Of a DNA stretch of 64,000 nucleotides, positions 40,740 to 49,550 are shown in pieces. The stretch covers positions 190,075 to 254,074 of the forward strand of contig CAVPGY010000001.1 in the NCBI GenBank assembly GCA_963704115.1, in the 5' to 3' direction. The DNA is from an uncultured Chloroflexia bacterium (GTDB lineage Bacteria; Chloroflexota; Limnocylindria; QHBO01). The first letter of the stretch is position 1. Each line of letters opens with the position of its first letter. The notes under the pieces were generated by a model. It was not told the DNA's origin. It saw only the letters and a list, made by a program, of their open reading frames with translations, and ran no database searches. Made by a program: the position numbers and the translations under genes.

Positions 40740-41533
40740 CCGAGGCCCGATCGCTCCCGGCGGCGATCGGCCGCCCGGGGCCGAGCGCCGTCCACCGGCT
40801 CAACCCGCTCACGAAGGCCACCCTCGCCACCACGACCTCGGTCGCCGCGGTGGTGCTGGGTGGCCTCGTCGGGCCGCTGCTCCTCGTCGCGGTGGCGGTC
40901 GTCCTGCCGGCGGTCGTGGCCGGGGTCCTCGGGCGGCTGGCGAGGACCGCACTCCTGCTCGCCCTCCCGATCGCGCTCTCGGCCTTCCTCGTCAACGTCT
41001 TCTTCTTCCCCGGCGGCGAGCAGATCCTCTTCCGCATCGGCCCCATCGCGGCCACCGCGGAGGGGCTCGGGTTCGCGCTCCAGATCATGGCGCGGATCAT
41101 GGCGATCAGCGGAGCCGTGACCCTCTTCTACCTGACCACCCGTCCCGCCGACCTCGTCCTCGACCTCGAGCGTCGCGGCGTCAGCCCCCGGGTGGCCTTC
41201 GTGGCCAATGCGTCGGTGCAGACGGTGCCGGCCATGGTCGAGCGCGCGGCGCAGATCACCGCGGCGCAGCGGGCGCGCGGGCTCGACACCGAGGGCTCGC
41301 CATGGCGCCGGATCCGCGGCATCGTCCCGATCGTCGGGCCCGTGATCCTCGGGTCGATCGCGGAGGTCGAGGAGCGCACCATGGCGCTCGAGGCCCGCGC
41401 CTTCACCCGCCCCGGTCGCCGAACGCTGCTCTGGTCGCCCCGGGACAGCCCGGCCGAGTCGATCGCTCGCTGGGGACTGCTCATCGGCCTCGTGACGCTG
41501 GTCGCGCTGCGGATCGGCGGGGTGCTGACGTGA
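40718..41533 (+). CDS. ecfT: ECF transporter T component
   Basis: LNPLTK; AQRARG and EARAF Arg motifs. Confidence 0.88.
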   Translation: MAGSVDLTEARSLPAAIGRPGPSAVHRLNPLTKATLATTTSVAAVVLGGLVGPLLLVAVAVVLPAVVAGVLGRLARTALLLALPIALSAFLVNVFFFPGGEQILFRIGPIAATAEGLGFALQIMARIMAISGAVTLFYLTTRPADLVLDLERRGVSPRVAFVANASVQTVPAMVERAAQITAAQRARGLDTEGSPWRRIRGIVPIVGPVILGSIAEVEERTMALEARAFTRPGRRTLLWSPRDSPAESIARWGLLIGLVTLVALRIGGVLT

Positions 41534-42339
41534 CGCTGACCCTGCGCGGCATCGGCTACCGACACGCCGGCGCGAGCCGGCCGGCGCTGCTCGACATCGA
41601 CCTCGACCTGGCCGACGGTACGGTGGTCGGCCTGGCGGGCGCGTCGGAGTCGGGCAAGACGACCCTGTGCCTGGTGGCGAGCGGCCTCGCCCCACGAACG
41701 GTCGGCGGACGGATCCGTGGGACGCTCGAGCTCGACGGCGAGGACATCGATCGCTGGCCGATGCACCGCCTGGCGGAGCGGATCGGCATCGCGTTCCAGA
41801 ACCCGGCCACCCAGCTGTCGCAGGTCGCCGGCACGGTCTTCGAGGAGGTCGCCTTCGGGCCGATGAACCTGGGCATCGAACGCGCCGAGGTCATCGACCG
41901 CACCTGGGAGGCGCTCGATGCGATGCGCATCGCGGCGCTCGCCGAGCGCGATCCCCAGCGCCTGTCCGGCGGCCAGCAGCAGCTGCTGGCGATGGCCGGG
42001 CTGCTCGCCATGCGTCCCGAACACCTCGTCCTCGACGAGCCGACCGCCCAGCTGGATCCAGCGGGGACGGACCTGGTGGCCGATGCGATCGGCCGCCTGG
42101 CGCGGGCCGGGACGAGCATCCTCATCGCCGAGCAGAAGACCGACCTGCTGTCGGACGTGGCCGGTGAGATGGTCGTGCTGGCGGAGGGCCGCATCGCGCT
42201 GCACGGGCCGACGGCCGAGGTCCTCGCCGACCCACGTCTCGACGAGCTCGGGGTGGCCCCACCGGCGCCGGTCCGGCTGGCGCGCGCGGCCGTGGCGGCC
42301 GGGCTCGACGAGGAGCTCGTGGCGGGGCGCACCACGTGA
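41530..42339 (+). CDS. ECF transporter ATPase
   Basis: GASESGKTT, FQNP, LSGGQQQ, LDEPTAQLD. Confidence 0.88.
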   Translation: MTLTLRGIGYRHAGASRPALLDIDLDLADGTVVGLAGASESGKTTLCLVASGLAPRTVGGRIRGTLELDGEDIDRWPMHRLAERIGIAFQNPATQLSQVAGTVFEEVAFGPMNLGIERAEVIDRTWEALDAMRIAALAERDPQRLSGGQQQLLAMAGLLAMRPEHLVLDEPTAQLDPAGTDLVADAIGRLARAGTSILIAEQKTDLLSDVAGEMVVLAEGRIALHGPTAEVLADPRLDELGVAPPAPVRLARAAVAAGLDEELVAGRTT

Positions 42340-43154
42340 CCGGACTGGCCGTCGAGGGTCTCGCGCATGTCTACGCGGCCAGTGGCGTGCGGGCACTCGA
42401 CGGGATCGACCTGCGGATCGATGCGGGGGAGCGGGTGGCGCTGATCGGCCAAAACGGCAGCGGCAAGACGACGCTCGTCCGCCACCTCAACGGGCTGCTG
42501 CGACCGACCGAGGGGAACGTCAAGGTCGGTGGCGTCGACGCGCGAACCGTCACGGTGGCGGCGCTGGCAGCACGGGTCGGGCTCGTCTTCCAGGACCCCG
42601 ACCGCCAGATCTTCGCGGGCTCGGTGCGGTCCGAGGTCGAGTTCGGGCCGCGCAACCTGGGACGCTCCGGCGACGAGCTGGAGACCGCAGTGAGCGAGGC
42701 GCTCGCGGCGACCGGCCTGCAGCACCACGAGGCGACCAACCCGTACGACCTCGGCCAGTCGCGCCGCAAGCTGCTGGCGCTTGCGTCGGTGCTCGCGATG
42801 CGCACACCGGTGCTGGTGCTCGACGAGCCGACCACGGGGCAGGACGCGCGCGGGGTGGACCGGATCTGCGACATCGTGGGTGCCGTCTCGGCCGAGGGTC
42901 GGACCGTGATCGCCATCAGCCACGACATGCGCTTCGTCGCCGAGACCTTCCGACGGGTGGTCGTGATGCGTGCGGGCCGCGTCATCCTCGACGACAGCCC
43001 GGCCGAGGCGTTCGCCGCCGATGCGTGGGAGGCGCTGCGCTCGACCTACCTGGAGCCACCGCTTGCGGCGCGCCTCGGGGAAGATCGCGGGCTCGGGTCG
43101 ACCCCCACCGACGCGTCGCTGATCGAGGCGCTGGCGGCGACGCCGCGGAGCTAG
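42336..43154 (+). CDS. ECF transporter ATPase
   Basis: GQNGSGKTT, FQDPD, LDEPTTGQD, SHDM. Confidence 0.88.
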   Translation: MTGLAVEGLAHVYAASGVRALDGIDLRIDAGERVALIGQNGSGKTTLVRHLNGLLRPTEGNVKVGGVDARTVTVAALAARVGLVFQDPDRQIFAGSVRSEVEFGPRNLGRSGDELETAVSEALAATGLQHHEATNPYDLGQSRRKLLALASVLAMRTPVLVLDEPTTGQDARGVDRICDIVGAVSAEGRTVIAISHDMRFVAETFRRVVVMRAGRVILDDSPAEAFAADAWEALRSTYLEPPLAARLGEDRGLGSTPTDASLIEALAATPRS

Positions 43155-43594
43155 GTGTAATAGCCCGGGGGCGGTGGAAGCGGGTTGCCCTCGGGATCGA
43201 GCCGCTCCCCGGGAGGCAGGTTGTCGCGGTGCTCGCGGTCGCCGAGCGGCCCCGGCACCGGCAGCGCCATCACCGAGTGCGGGACCTCGTCGAGGCGATC
43301 GGTGATCCCGCGCAGCCCGAGGCGGCGGAGCGCCGGCGCGAACCGATCGGCGAAGTCCTCGTTCCGGAGCAGCCCGAACAGCAGCGAGCTGTGGGCGCGG
43401 TTCAGCAACTCGATGGCGCGCGACGCATCGGCCGCGCTGACCTGGTTCAGTCCGAGCTGGTTCTCGAGCGCATCGAGCGCCCGGTTCGCCTCGCGACGCG
43501 TCGCGTTGGCGAAATGCGGGGTACGGTTCACGAGCACGCGCGTCCGATGCAGGGCGTCACGGACGCGACCGTCACGATCGAGGGCCTGGGTCAT
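43151..43594 (-). CDS. Hypothetical helical protein with Pro-rich tail
   Basis: GC3-biased ORF with TAGTAT -10 box 7 nt upstream of ATG. Confidence 0.6.
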   Translation of the reverse strand: MTQALDRDGRVRDALHRTRVLVNRTPHFANATRREANRALDALENQLGLNQVSAADASRAIELLNRAHSSLLFGLLRNEDFADRFAPALRRLGLRGITDRLDEVPHSVMALPVPGPLGDREHRDNLPPGERLDPEGNPLPPPPGYYT

Positions 43595-44288
43595 GGAGCG
43601 AATACTAGACGCTCGCGGCGAGTGGAAGTCGGCAATCGCCGATGCGCTGGCTGCCGCCCAACGTCCGATCCCGATGGACGCGCGCCTGTTGGCTCGCACC
43701 CGCGACGGGGAGCAGATCCGCCGCATGGTCGACCGCACGACGCTGCCGCCCGCCCGGCCGGCGGCCACCCTGCTGGCCATCTACCCCGACGACGATGGGC
43801 GGCTCCTCATCCCGGTCACCGTCCGCCGCGCCGAGCTGCGCGCCCACGCCGGCGAGGTATCGCTCCCCGGCGGACGCGTCGACCCGACCGATGCGTCCCA
43901 CGAGGCCGCGGCGCTCCGCGAGGCATGGGAGGAGATCGGGCTGGAGGCCGGGACGGTGCGCATCCTCGGCACCCTCGACGAGGTGTGGATCCCGGTCTCG
44001 AACTACGAGCTCCGGCCGTTCGTCGGCGCGGTCGACCGCCGCCCCGCGCTGGTGCCGCATGACGCCGAAGTCGCCTCGATCGTTGAGCTGCCGCTCGACG
44101 TCCTGTTCGACACGGCCGCCGTGACCGTGGAGGAGCTCCTGGTCCGCGGGCTGCGGATCCGGGCCGGCGCCTACCGCTTCGGCGGACTCACGATCTGGGG
44201 CGCGACGGCGATGACCCTCAGCATGCTGGCCCACGTCCTTGCGGGGTTCGGCGCGGACGGCCTCGCCGCGGATGGGCGATCCGGCTAG
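43593..44288 (+). CDS. Nudix CoA pyrophosphatase (NudL-like); start uncertain
   Basis: HAGEVSLPGGRVD..AALREAWEEIG Nudix box; IWGATA. Confidence 0.85.
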   Translation: MERILDARGEWKSAIADALAAAQRPIPMDARLLARTRDGEQIRRMVDRTTLPPARPAATLLAIYPDDDGRLLIPVTVRRAELRAHAGEVSLPGGRVDPTDASHEAAALREAWEEIGLEAGTVRILGTLDEVWIPVSNYELRPFVGAVDRRPALVPHDAEVASIVELPLDVLFDTAAVTVEELLVRGLRIRAGAYRFGGLTIWGATAMTLSMLAHVLAGFGADGLAADGRSG

Positions 44289-45115
44289 CGCCGCGTCTGG
44301 ATCCGGGTCTTCAACGAGGCGAGCATCTCGAGCAGCGGCCCGTGCTGGGCCGCTGGCGCGGCCACCACGCTGGTCCGCGGCCCCCGCACCTTCGGCGTCC
44401 ACCACGGGCCTCCAGCAACGCTCGTGACCACCGCCCCCGACCGCTCGGCGATCAGCCCCGCCGCTGCCACGTCCCATGGGGAGAGGCCGCCGTTCTGGAC
44501 GAAGGCATCGAACCGGCCGTTGGCCACGTAGGCGAGCGCCAGCGCCGCGCTGCCCATGCGCCGATGGATCCGGATCAGCGGCGCGATCTTCCGCTCCCGG
44601 CTCAGGCCACCGCGCCCGATGACCGCGAGCGACACGACGTAGTCCGACAGCGCCTCCTTGGCCGAGACGGTGATCGGGTGGCCATCGAGGCGCGCCGGCC
44701 CGTCCGCGACCGCGTCATACAGGTCGTCGCGGGCCGGGTCGAAGATGACGCCCACCGCCGGACGGTCGTCGACCACCAGGCCGATGCTGACGCAGTAGAA
44801 GGGGATCCCGTTGGCGTAGTTCACCGTCCCATCGAGCGGGTCGATCACCCACAGCCGACCGTTGTGCGACCCGTCGTCGCGCAGGACGCCTGCGTGCTCA
44901 CCCGATTCCTCGGCGAGGATCGCGTCGCCCGGGTAGCGCTCGCGGATCGCATCGATGACGAGCCGCTCCGACGCGTAGTCCGCGTTGGTGACGACGTCGC
45001 GCTTGCTCTTGTAGTCGACCTGCTCGAGCCGCTCGTAGCTGTCGGTCAGGAGCGCGCCGGCACGGCGCGCCACATCGGTCGCGAACGCGAGCTCATCGGT
45101 CCAGCGGCTGGTCAT
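44285..45115 (-). CDS. Inositol monophosphatase family protein
   Basis: VTNAD, EESG, WVIDPLDGTVNY, GSAAL, PWDVAAA. Confidence 0.9.
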   Translation of the reverse strand: MTSRWTDELAFATDVARRAGALLTDSYERLEQVDYKSKRDVVTNADYASERLVIDAIRERYPGDAILAEESGEHAGVLRDDGSHNGRLWVIDPLDGTVNYANGIPFYCVSIGLVVDDRPAVGVIFDPARDDLYDAVADGPARLDGHPITVSAKEALSDYVVSLAVIGRGGLSRERKIAPLIRIHRRMGSAALALAYVANGRFDAFVQNGGLSPWDVAAAGLIAERSGAVVTSVAGGPWWTPKVRGPRTSVVAAPAAQHGPLLEMLASLKTRIQTRR

Positions 45116-45119
45116 GCCC

Positions 45120-45494
45120 TCAGGGTAGCCGGAACCCGACCACCTGCACTGCGACCTCGCCGTCGGGCTCGGCGCTGAATCCGATGCTGATCTCGACCGA
45201 CGTCCCGGCCGGCAGGTAGTCGACGGTCAGCTCGCTCGCCTCGGCCTCGCCGGCGACGGTCGCCGTGCCGCGCAGGACGAGCGACTCGGCAGCCCGATCG
45301 CCGCCATTCGTCACCGTGGCCGGGACGATCCATCCGTGGTCGGTTGCATACGCCTCGTCGCGACGGAGCTCGACGATCGGCGTGGGCGGTCGGCCCTCGT
45401 CGCGAAGACCGTCGACGACCAGGAAGCCGACCACGCCCACGACCGCGACGACGCTCGCGGCGAGCGCGACCCACTCGACCCAGTTCTGGCGCAC
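45120..45494 (-). CDS. TIGR02588-like membrane-anchored protein
   Basis: N-terminal EW + TM helix, TNGGDRAAES, VDYLP, GF.P end; adjacent to a TIGR02587-like gene. Confidence 0.65.
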   Translation of the reverse strand: MRQNWVEWVALAASVVAVVGVVGFLVVDGLRDEGRPPTPIVELRRDEAYATDHGWIVPATVTNGGDRAAESLVLRGTATVAGEAEASELTVDYLPAGTSVEISIGFSAEPDGEVAVQVVGFRLP

Positions 45495-45497
45495 GGC

Positions 45498-46385
45498 TTA
45501 CTCCCTCCCGTTCGATGTGGCGCCCTTGCCGCCGACCAGCAGCCGTCCCGCCGCGGCCCCGAACGAGGCGAGCACGCCGAGCATGACCACCTGGCCGGCG
45601 ATCGCGGACGCGGACACGCCGTCGGTGCGGCCGAACGCCCAGAGCAGCATGAGGCTGACGACGAGACTGATCGCGTACGCCGCGAGCGTCTCCGAGACGG
45701 GATGGTCGAGCGGGCCATCGCCGCCATCGAGTTGCCGTCCTCCGCGGAAATCGGCGTAGAAGACGATGGCGAAGGTCATGACGAGACTCACCGCGACGAC
45801 CAGCACGAGAAGCCACCATTCGGCCTCGACACCGAGCTGAACCGGCTCATCGGTCGGTGCGACGTTCAGCGCGAACAGCAGGGCGCCGCCGGCAGCGACG
45901 ACCAGTCGCCCGAGCGTCCCGGGACCCCCGCCGTCGCCGACCATGCCCTGGTCCTCATCGTCGTCCCCGGGAGAGGCGAGCTGGGCCCCGGCCAGCGAGA
46001 CGCCGAAGGCGACGGGAATGGCTTCCAGCGCCACCTTGCCGATGGCGTCCCGCAGCCCGACATCCGGACCGATCCGGCCGAGGAGCAGAAGTGCCCCCGC
46101 GGCCACCACGATCGCGATCCCCATCGTCTCGAGGGAGTCGACGAGCAGCTCCGTCCAGGATCGCTCGCGCCGGAACCCTGACACCGCGGTGTACCCGATC
46201 ACCACCAGGAAGCTGACGGCCAGCAGGACCACGATCTTCCACGAGGGCAGCAGGAACGAATGGAACCACATCTCCATCGTGAACAGCAGCGGCAGGCCGA
46301 CGAGCAGGCCGCCACCGCCGGCGCGAAGGAGGTCCTGGGCCGACTGCTCGACGGCGTCCGCGCGCTCGCTCACGCCGCCGATCAT
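45498..46385 (-). CDS. TIGR02587/DUF2391 integral membrane protein
   Basis: GLPLLFTMEMW, LNVAPTDE, ETLAAYA, GAAAGRL. Confidence 0.75.
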   Translation of the reverse strand: MIGGVSERADAVEQSAQDLLRAGGGGLLVGLPLLFTMEMWFHSFLLPSWKIVVLLAVSFLVVIGYTAVSGFRRERSWTELLVDSLETMGIAIVVAAGALLLLGRIGPDVGLRDAIGKVALEAIPVAFGVSLAGAQLASPGDDDEDQGMVGDGGGPGTLGRLVVAAGGALLFALNVAPTDEPVQLGVEAEWWLLVLVVAVSLVMTFAIVFYADFRGGRQLDGGDGPLDHPVSETLAAYAISLVVSLMLLWAFGRTDGVSASAIAGQVVMLGVLASFGAAAGRLLVGGKGATSNGRE

Positions 46386-46431
46386 TGCACGCGCCGGACC
46401 ACGCGGCGCGGCGGACGAGTAGGCTGTGCGG

Positions 46432-47166
46432 ATGTCACAGATCCACCTTCGCGCCGAGGAGGGCGACTACGCGCCGCTCGTCCTCCTGCCCGGCGATCCG
46501 AACCGCGCGCGTCGCATCAGCGAGCGCTTCGACGACGGCAGCGTCCGCCAGGTCAACGAGCACCGCGGGCTGGTCGGCTACACGGGGACCTACCGCGGCG
46601 TCCCGGTGAGCGTGCAGACGAGCGGCATGGGAACGCCGAGCCTGTCGATCGTCGTCGAGGAGCTCCTCCGCCTCGGGGCGCGGCGCCTGATCCGGGTCGG
46701 CACCTGCGGCGGGATCGCCATGGGCCTGCGAACCGGCGACCTGGTGATCGCCACCGCCTCCTGCCCCGTCGACGGCGCGACCCGCACCTACCTTCACGGG
46801 GAGGCGTATGCGCCGGTCGCCGACTTCGACCTGACCCGGGCCCTCGTGGACGCCGCCGCGGCTGCGGAGGTCGAGGCACAGACCGGGCTCGTCGCATCCG
46901 TCGACGTCTTCTACAACACCGATGACGACTACGCGAAGCGCTGGCGCGAACGCGGCGTGCTCGCCTTCGAGATGGAGGCATCCGCGCTGTTCTTCCTCGC
47001 CGCGCGGGCCGGTGTTCAGGCCGCCTGCGCACTTGTCGTCAGCGACGTGCTGTCGGAGGAGCTCACCCCCGAGGAAACTTACCTGCCGCTCGACGAGCTG
47101 GACCGGTCCATCGACCGGATGATCGAGGTCGCCCTCGTAGCCGGCACGGGCGGAGCCGCCGGCTGA
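46432..47166 (+). CDS. deoD: Purine-nucleoside phosphorylase (DeoD type)
   Basis: LLPGDPNRA, GMGTPS, IRVGTCG, DVFY, EMEA, VSD. Confidence 0.85.
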   Translation: MSQIHLRAEEGDYAPLVLLPGDPNRARRISERFDDGSVRQVNEHRGLVGYTGTYRGVPVSVQTSGMGTPSLSIVVEELLRLGARRLIRVGTCGGIAMGLRTGDLVIATASCPVDGATRTYLHGEAYAPVADFDLTRALVDAAAAAEVEAQTGLVASVDVFYNTDDDYAKRWRERGVLAFEMEASALFFLAARAGVQAACALVVSDVLSEELTPEETYLPLDELDRSIDRMIEVALVAGTGGAAG

Positions 47167-47218
47167 GGCGGGATCGGTCCTGCGGTATCCTCGGGGTCGA
47201 TCGAAGGAGGCCCCACGC

Positions 47219-48385
47219 ATGACCGATACGATCTCGCGCGCCACCGCCAACCAGGCAGGCGCGATCGTCAACCCGAACGCCGCCGCCGAGGCGCAGGACT
47301 TCCTGCCCCTGAAGGGCATCGACCACGTCGAGTTCTGGGTGGGCAATGCGAAGCAGGCGGCGCACTACTACCGCGCGCTGTGGGGCTTCACGCCGGTCGC
47401 CTTCGCGGGCCTGGAGACCGGCATCCGCGACCGCTCCAGCTTCGTGATGGTCCAGAACGACATCCGGTTCGTCTTCACGGCGCCGCTCGGCCCGGACGGC
47501 GAGATCGCGGAGCACGTCGCGAAGCACGGTGACGGCGTGAAGGACATCGCCTTCGCCGTCGACGACGTCACGTCGGCGTGGGAGGAGACGACGAAGCGAG
47601 GCGCGGTCTCCGCCCGGGAGCCGACCGAGATCGAGGGCAAGAAGGGCACGCTGCGGCGCAGCTCCATCCGGGCGTACGGCCAGGTCGTGCACTCGTTCAT
47701 CGACCGCTCCGATTACCACGGGACCTTCGCGCCGGGCTATCACAGGATCACCCAGCCCGCGCCGGCGGCCACCGGGCAGAACCTCCTCGAGGTCGATCAC
47801 TGCGTGGGCAACGTGGCGCTCGGCGACATGAATCGCTACGTCGACTACTACCGCGACATCCTCGGCTTCGCGCAGCTCATCCACTACGACGACAAGGTGA
47901 TCCACACCGACTACTCGGCGCTCATGAGCAAGGTGATGCAGAACGGGAACGGGCGCATCAAGTTCCCGATCAACGAGCCCGCCGCCGGGAAGAAGAAGAG
48001 CCAGATCCAGGAGTTCCTGGACTACTACCTCGACGCCGGGACGCAGCACATCGCGCTGCGTACCGAGGACATCGTGGGCACAGTGCGCGCGCTCCGCCAG
48101 CGCGGCGTTGAGTTCCTCGGCATGCCGCACGCCTACTACGAGACGCTTCCCGATCGCGTCGGCGACGTCGGCGTGCCGATCGAGACGCTCGAGGAGCTCG
48201 GCATCGAGGCCGACCGCGACGAGGAGGGCTACCTGCTCCAGATCTTCACCCGCCCGGTGCAGGATCGGCCGACCTTCTTCTTCGAGATCATCGAGCGCCA
48301 CGGCTCACGCGGCTTCGGGGTCGGTAACTTCAAGGCGCTCTTCGAGGCGATCGAGATCGAGCAGGCTCGGCGCGGCAACCTCTGA
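47219..48385 (+). CDS. hppD: 4-hydroxyphenylpyruvate dioxygenase
   Basis: DHCVGN, KFPINEP, SQIQEFL, QHIAL, LLQIFT, FEIIER, GFGVGNFKALFEAIE. Confidence 0.95.
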   Translation: MTDTISRATANQAGAIVNPNAAAEAQDFLPLKGIDHVEFWVGNAKQAAHYYRALWGFTPVAFAGLETGIRDRSSFVMVQNDIRFVFTAPLGPDGEIAEHVAKHGDGVKDIAFAVDDVTSAWEETTKRGAVSAREPTEIEGKKGTLRRSSIRAYGQVVHSFIDRSDYHGTFAPGYHRITQPAPAATGQNLLEVDHCVGNVALGDMNRYVDYYRDILGFAQLIHYDDKVIHTDYSALMSKVMQNGNGRIKFPINEPAAGKKKSQIQEFLDYYLDAGTQHIALRTEDIVGTVRALRQRGVEFLGMPHAYYETLPDRVGDVGVPIETLEELGIEADRDEEGYLLQIFTRPVQDRPTFFFEIIERHGSRGFGVGNFKALFEAIEIEQARRGNL

Positions 48386-48394
48386 CGGCCGCGC

Positions 48395-49519
48395 GTGACG
48401 CGCCTCCGGAACCTGTTCCTGGTCGGGATTGGTGCCCTGGCGTTGATCGTTGGCCTGGGCTGGACGTTCCGCGCCCAGCTGGCGCCGCTGCTCGGCGTCA
48501 ACGTGGATGCGGGAAGCGGCGGTGCCGCCGAGCTGCGGCTTCCTGACGGCTACGCGAGCGCGGTCTTCGCCGACGGCCTCGATGACCCGCGCTTCATGGC
48601 GGTCTCGCCCGATGGCGTCCTGTTCGTCGCCGAGCGGGGGGCGGACCGGGTCGTGGCGCTGCCGGACGCCGACCGGAACGGCGTCGCGGACGAGATCGTC
48701 GAGGTCGGCAACGGGTACGGACGCGGCCAGGACGTCGCGTTCACCGCGGACGGCACGCTGCTCGTGGCCGGCGAGGAGACGCTGTGGGCCGTGACACTGG
48801 ACGGTCTCCGGGAGGTCGAGCGCCGCGCCGTGGTCGAGGATCTGCCGGTGGGCGGCTTCCACTCCACGAAGTCGGTGGCCGTCCTGACCGACGGACGGAT
48901 CCTGCTCAGCATCGGCTCCTCGTGCAACGTCTGCGACGAGGAGGACGCACGACGCGCGTCGGTGCAGGTCGTGGAGGGCGGCGAGCTCCGTCCATGGATG
49001 GGCGGCCTGCGGAACGCGGTCGGCCTGTGGGTCGATCCCGACACCGGCCGAGCGTGGGCAACGAACATGGGGCGCGACTTCCTGGGAGATGACCTCCCGC
49101 CCGAGACGGTGTACGAGCTCGTGGACGGCACCGATGCCGGCTGGCCGCGATGCCACGCCGGCGACCTGCCCGACCCGGAGTTCGGGACCGAATCCGGCGC
49201 GTGCGACGAGGTGGCGCAGCCGGCGGTCACCTTCGCGGCCCACATGGCTCCGCTCGGCCTCGCCGCGTGGGAGGGCCACCTCGTCGTGGCGATGCACGGA
49301 TCCTGGAACTCGTCGGTCAAGGTCGGGTACGCCCTGTGGTGGCTGCCGTGGGACGGACAGCCGGCGGGCACCCCCGAGCCGTTCGCCACGGGCTTCCTGC
49401 CGGAGGGCGCCGTCGACGCGCTCGCTCGTCCGGCGGGTCTGGCGGTCGGCGCAGATGGCGCGCTGTACGTCAGCGACGACAAGGCCGGTTTCATCTACCG
49501 CATCACGGCCCCCCGGTGA
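48395..49519 (+). CDS. PQQ-dependent sugar/sorbosone dehydrogenase family (beta-propeller)
   Basis: GSSCNVC, GLRNAVG, AHMAPLG, HGSWN, DGALYVSDD; N-terminal TM helix. Confidence 0.85.
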   Translation: MTRLRNLFLVGIGALALIVGLGWTFRAQLAPLLGVNVDAGSGGAAELRLPDGYASAVFADGLDDPRFMAVSPDGVLFVAERGADRVVALPDADRNGVADEIVEVGNGYGRGQDVAFTADGTLLVAGEETLWAVTLDGLREVERRAVVEDLPVGGFHSTKSVAVLTDGRILLSIGSSCNVCDEEDARRASVQVVEGGELRPWMGGLRNAVGLWVDPDTGRAWATNMGRDFLGDDLPPETVYELVDGTDAGWPRCHAGDLPDPEFGTESGACDEVAQPAVTFAAHMAPLGLAAWEGHLVVAMHGSWNSSVKVGYALWWLPWDGQPAGTPEPFATGFLPEGAVDALARPAGLAVGADGALYVSDDKAGFIYRITAPR

Positions 49520-49550
49520 GCGTCGCCCGGTCCGCTAGCATCGGTCCCGC

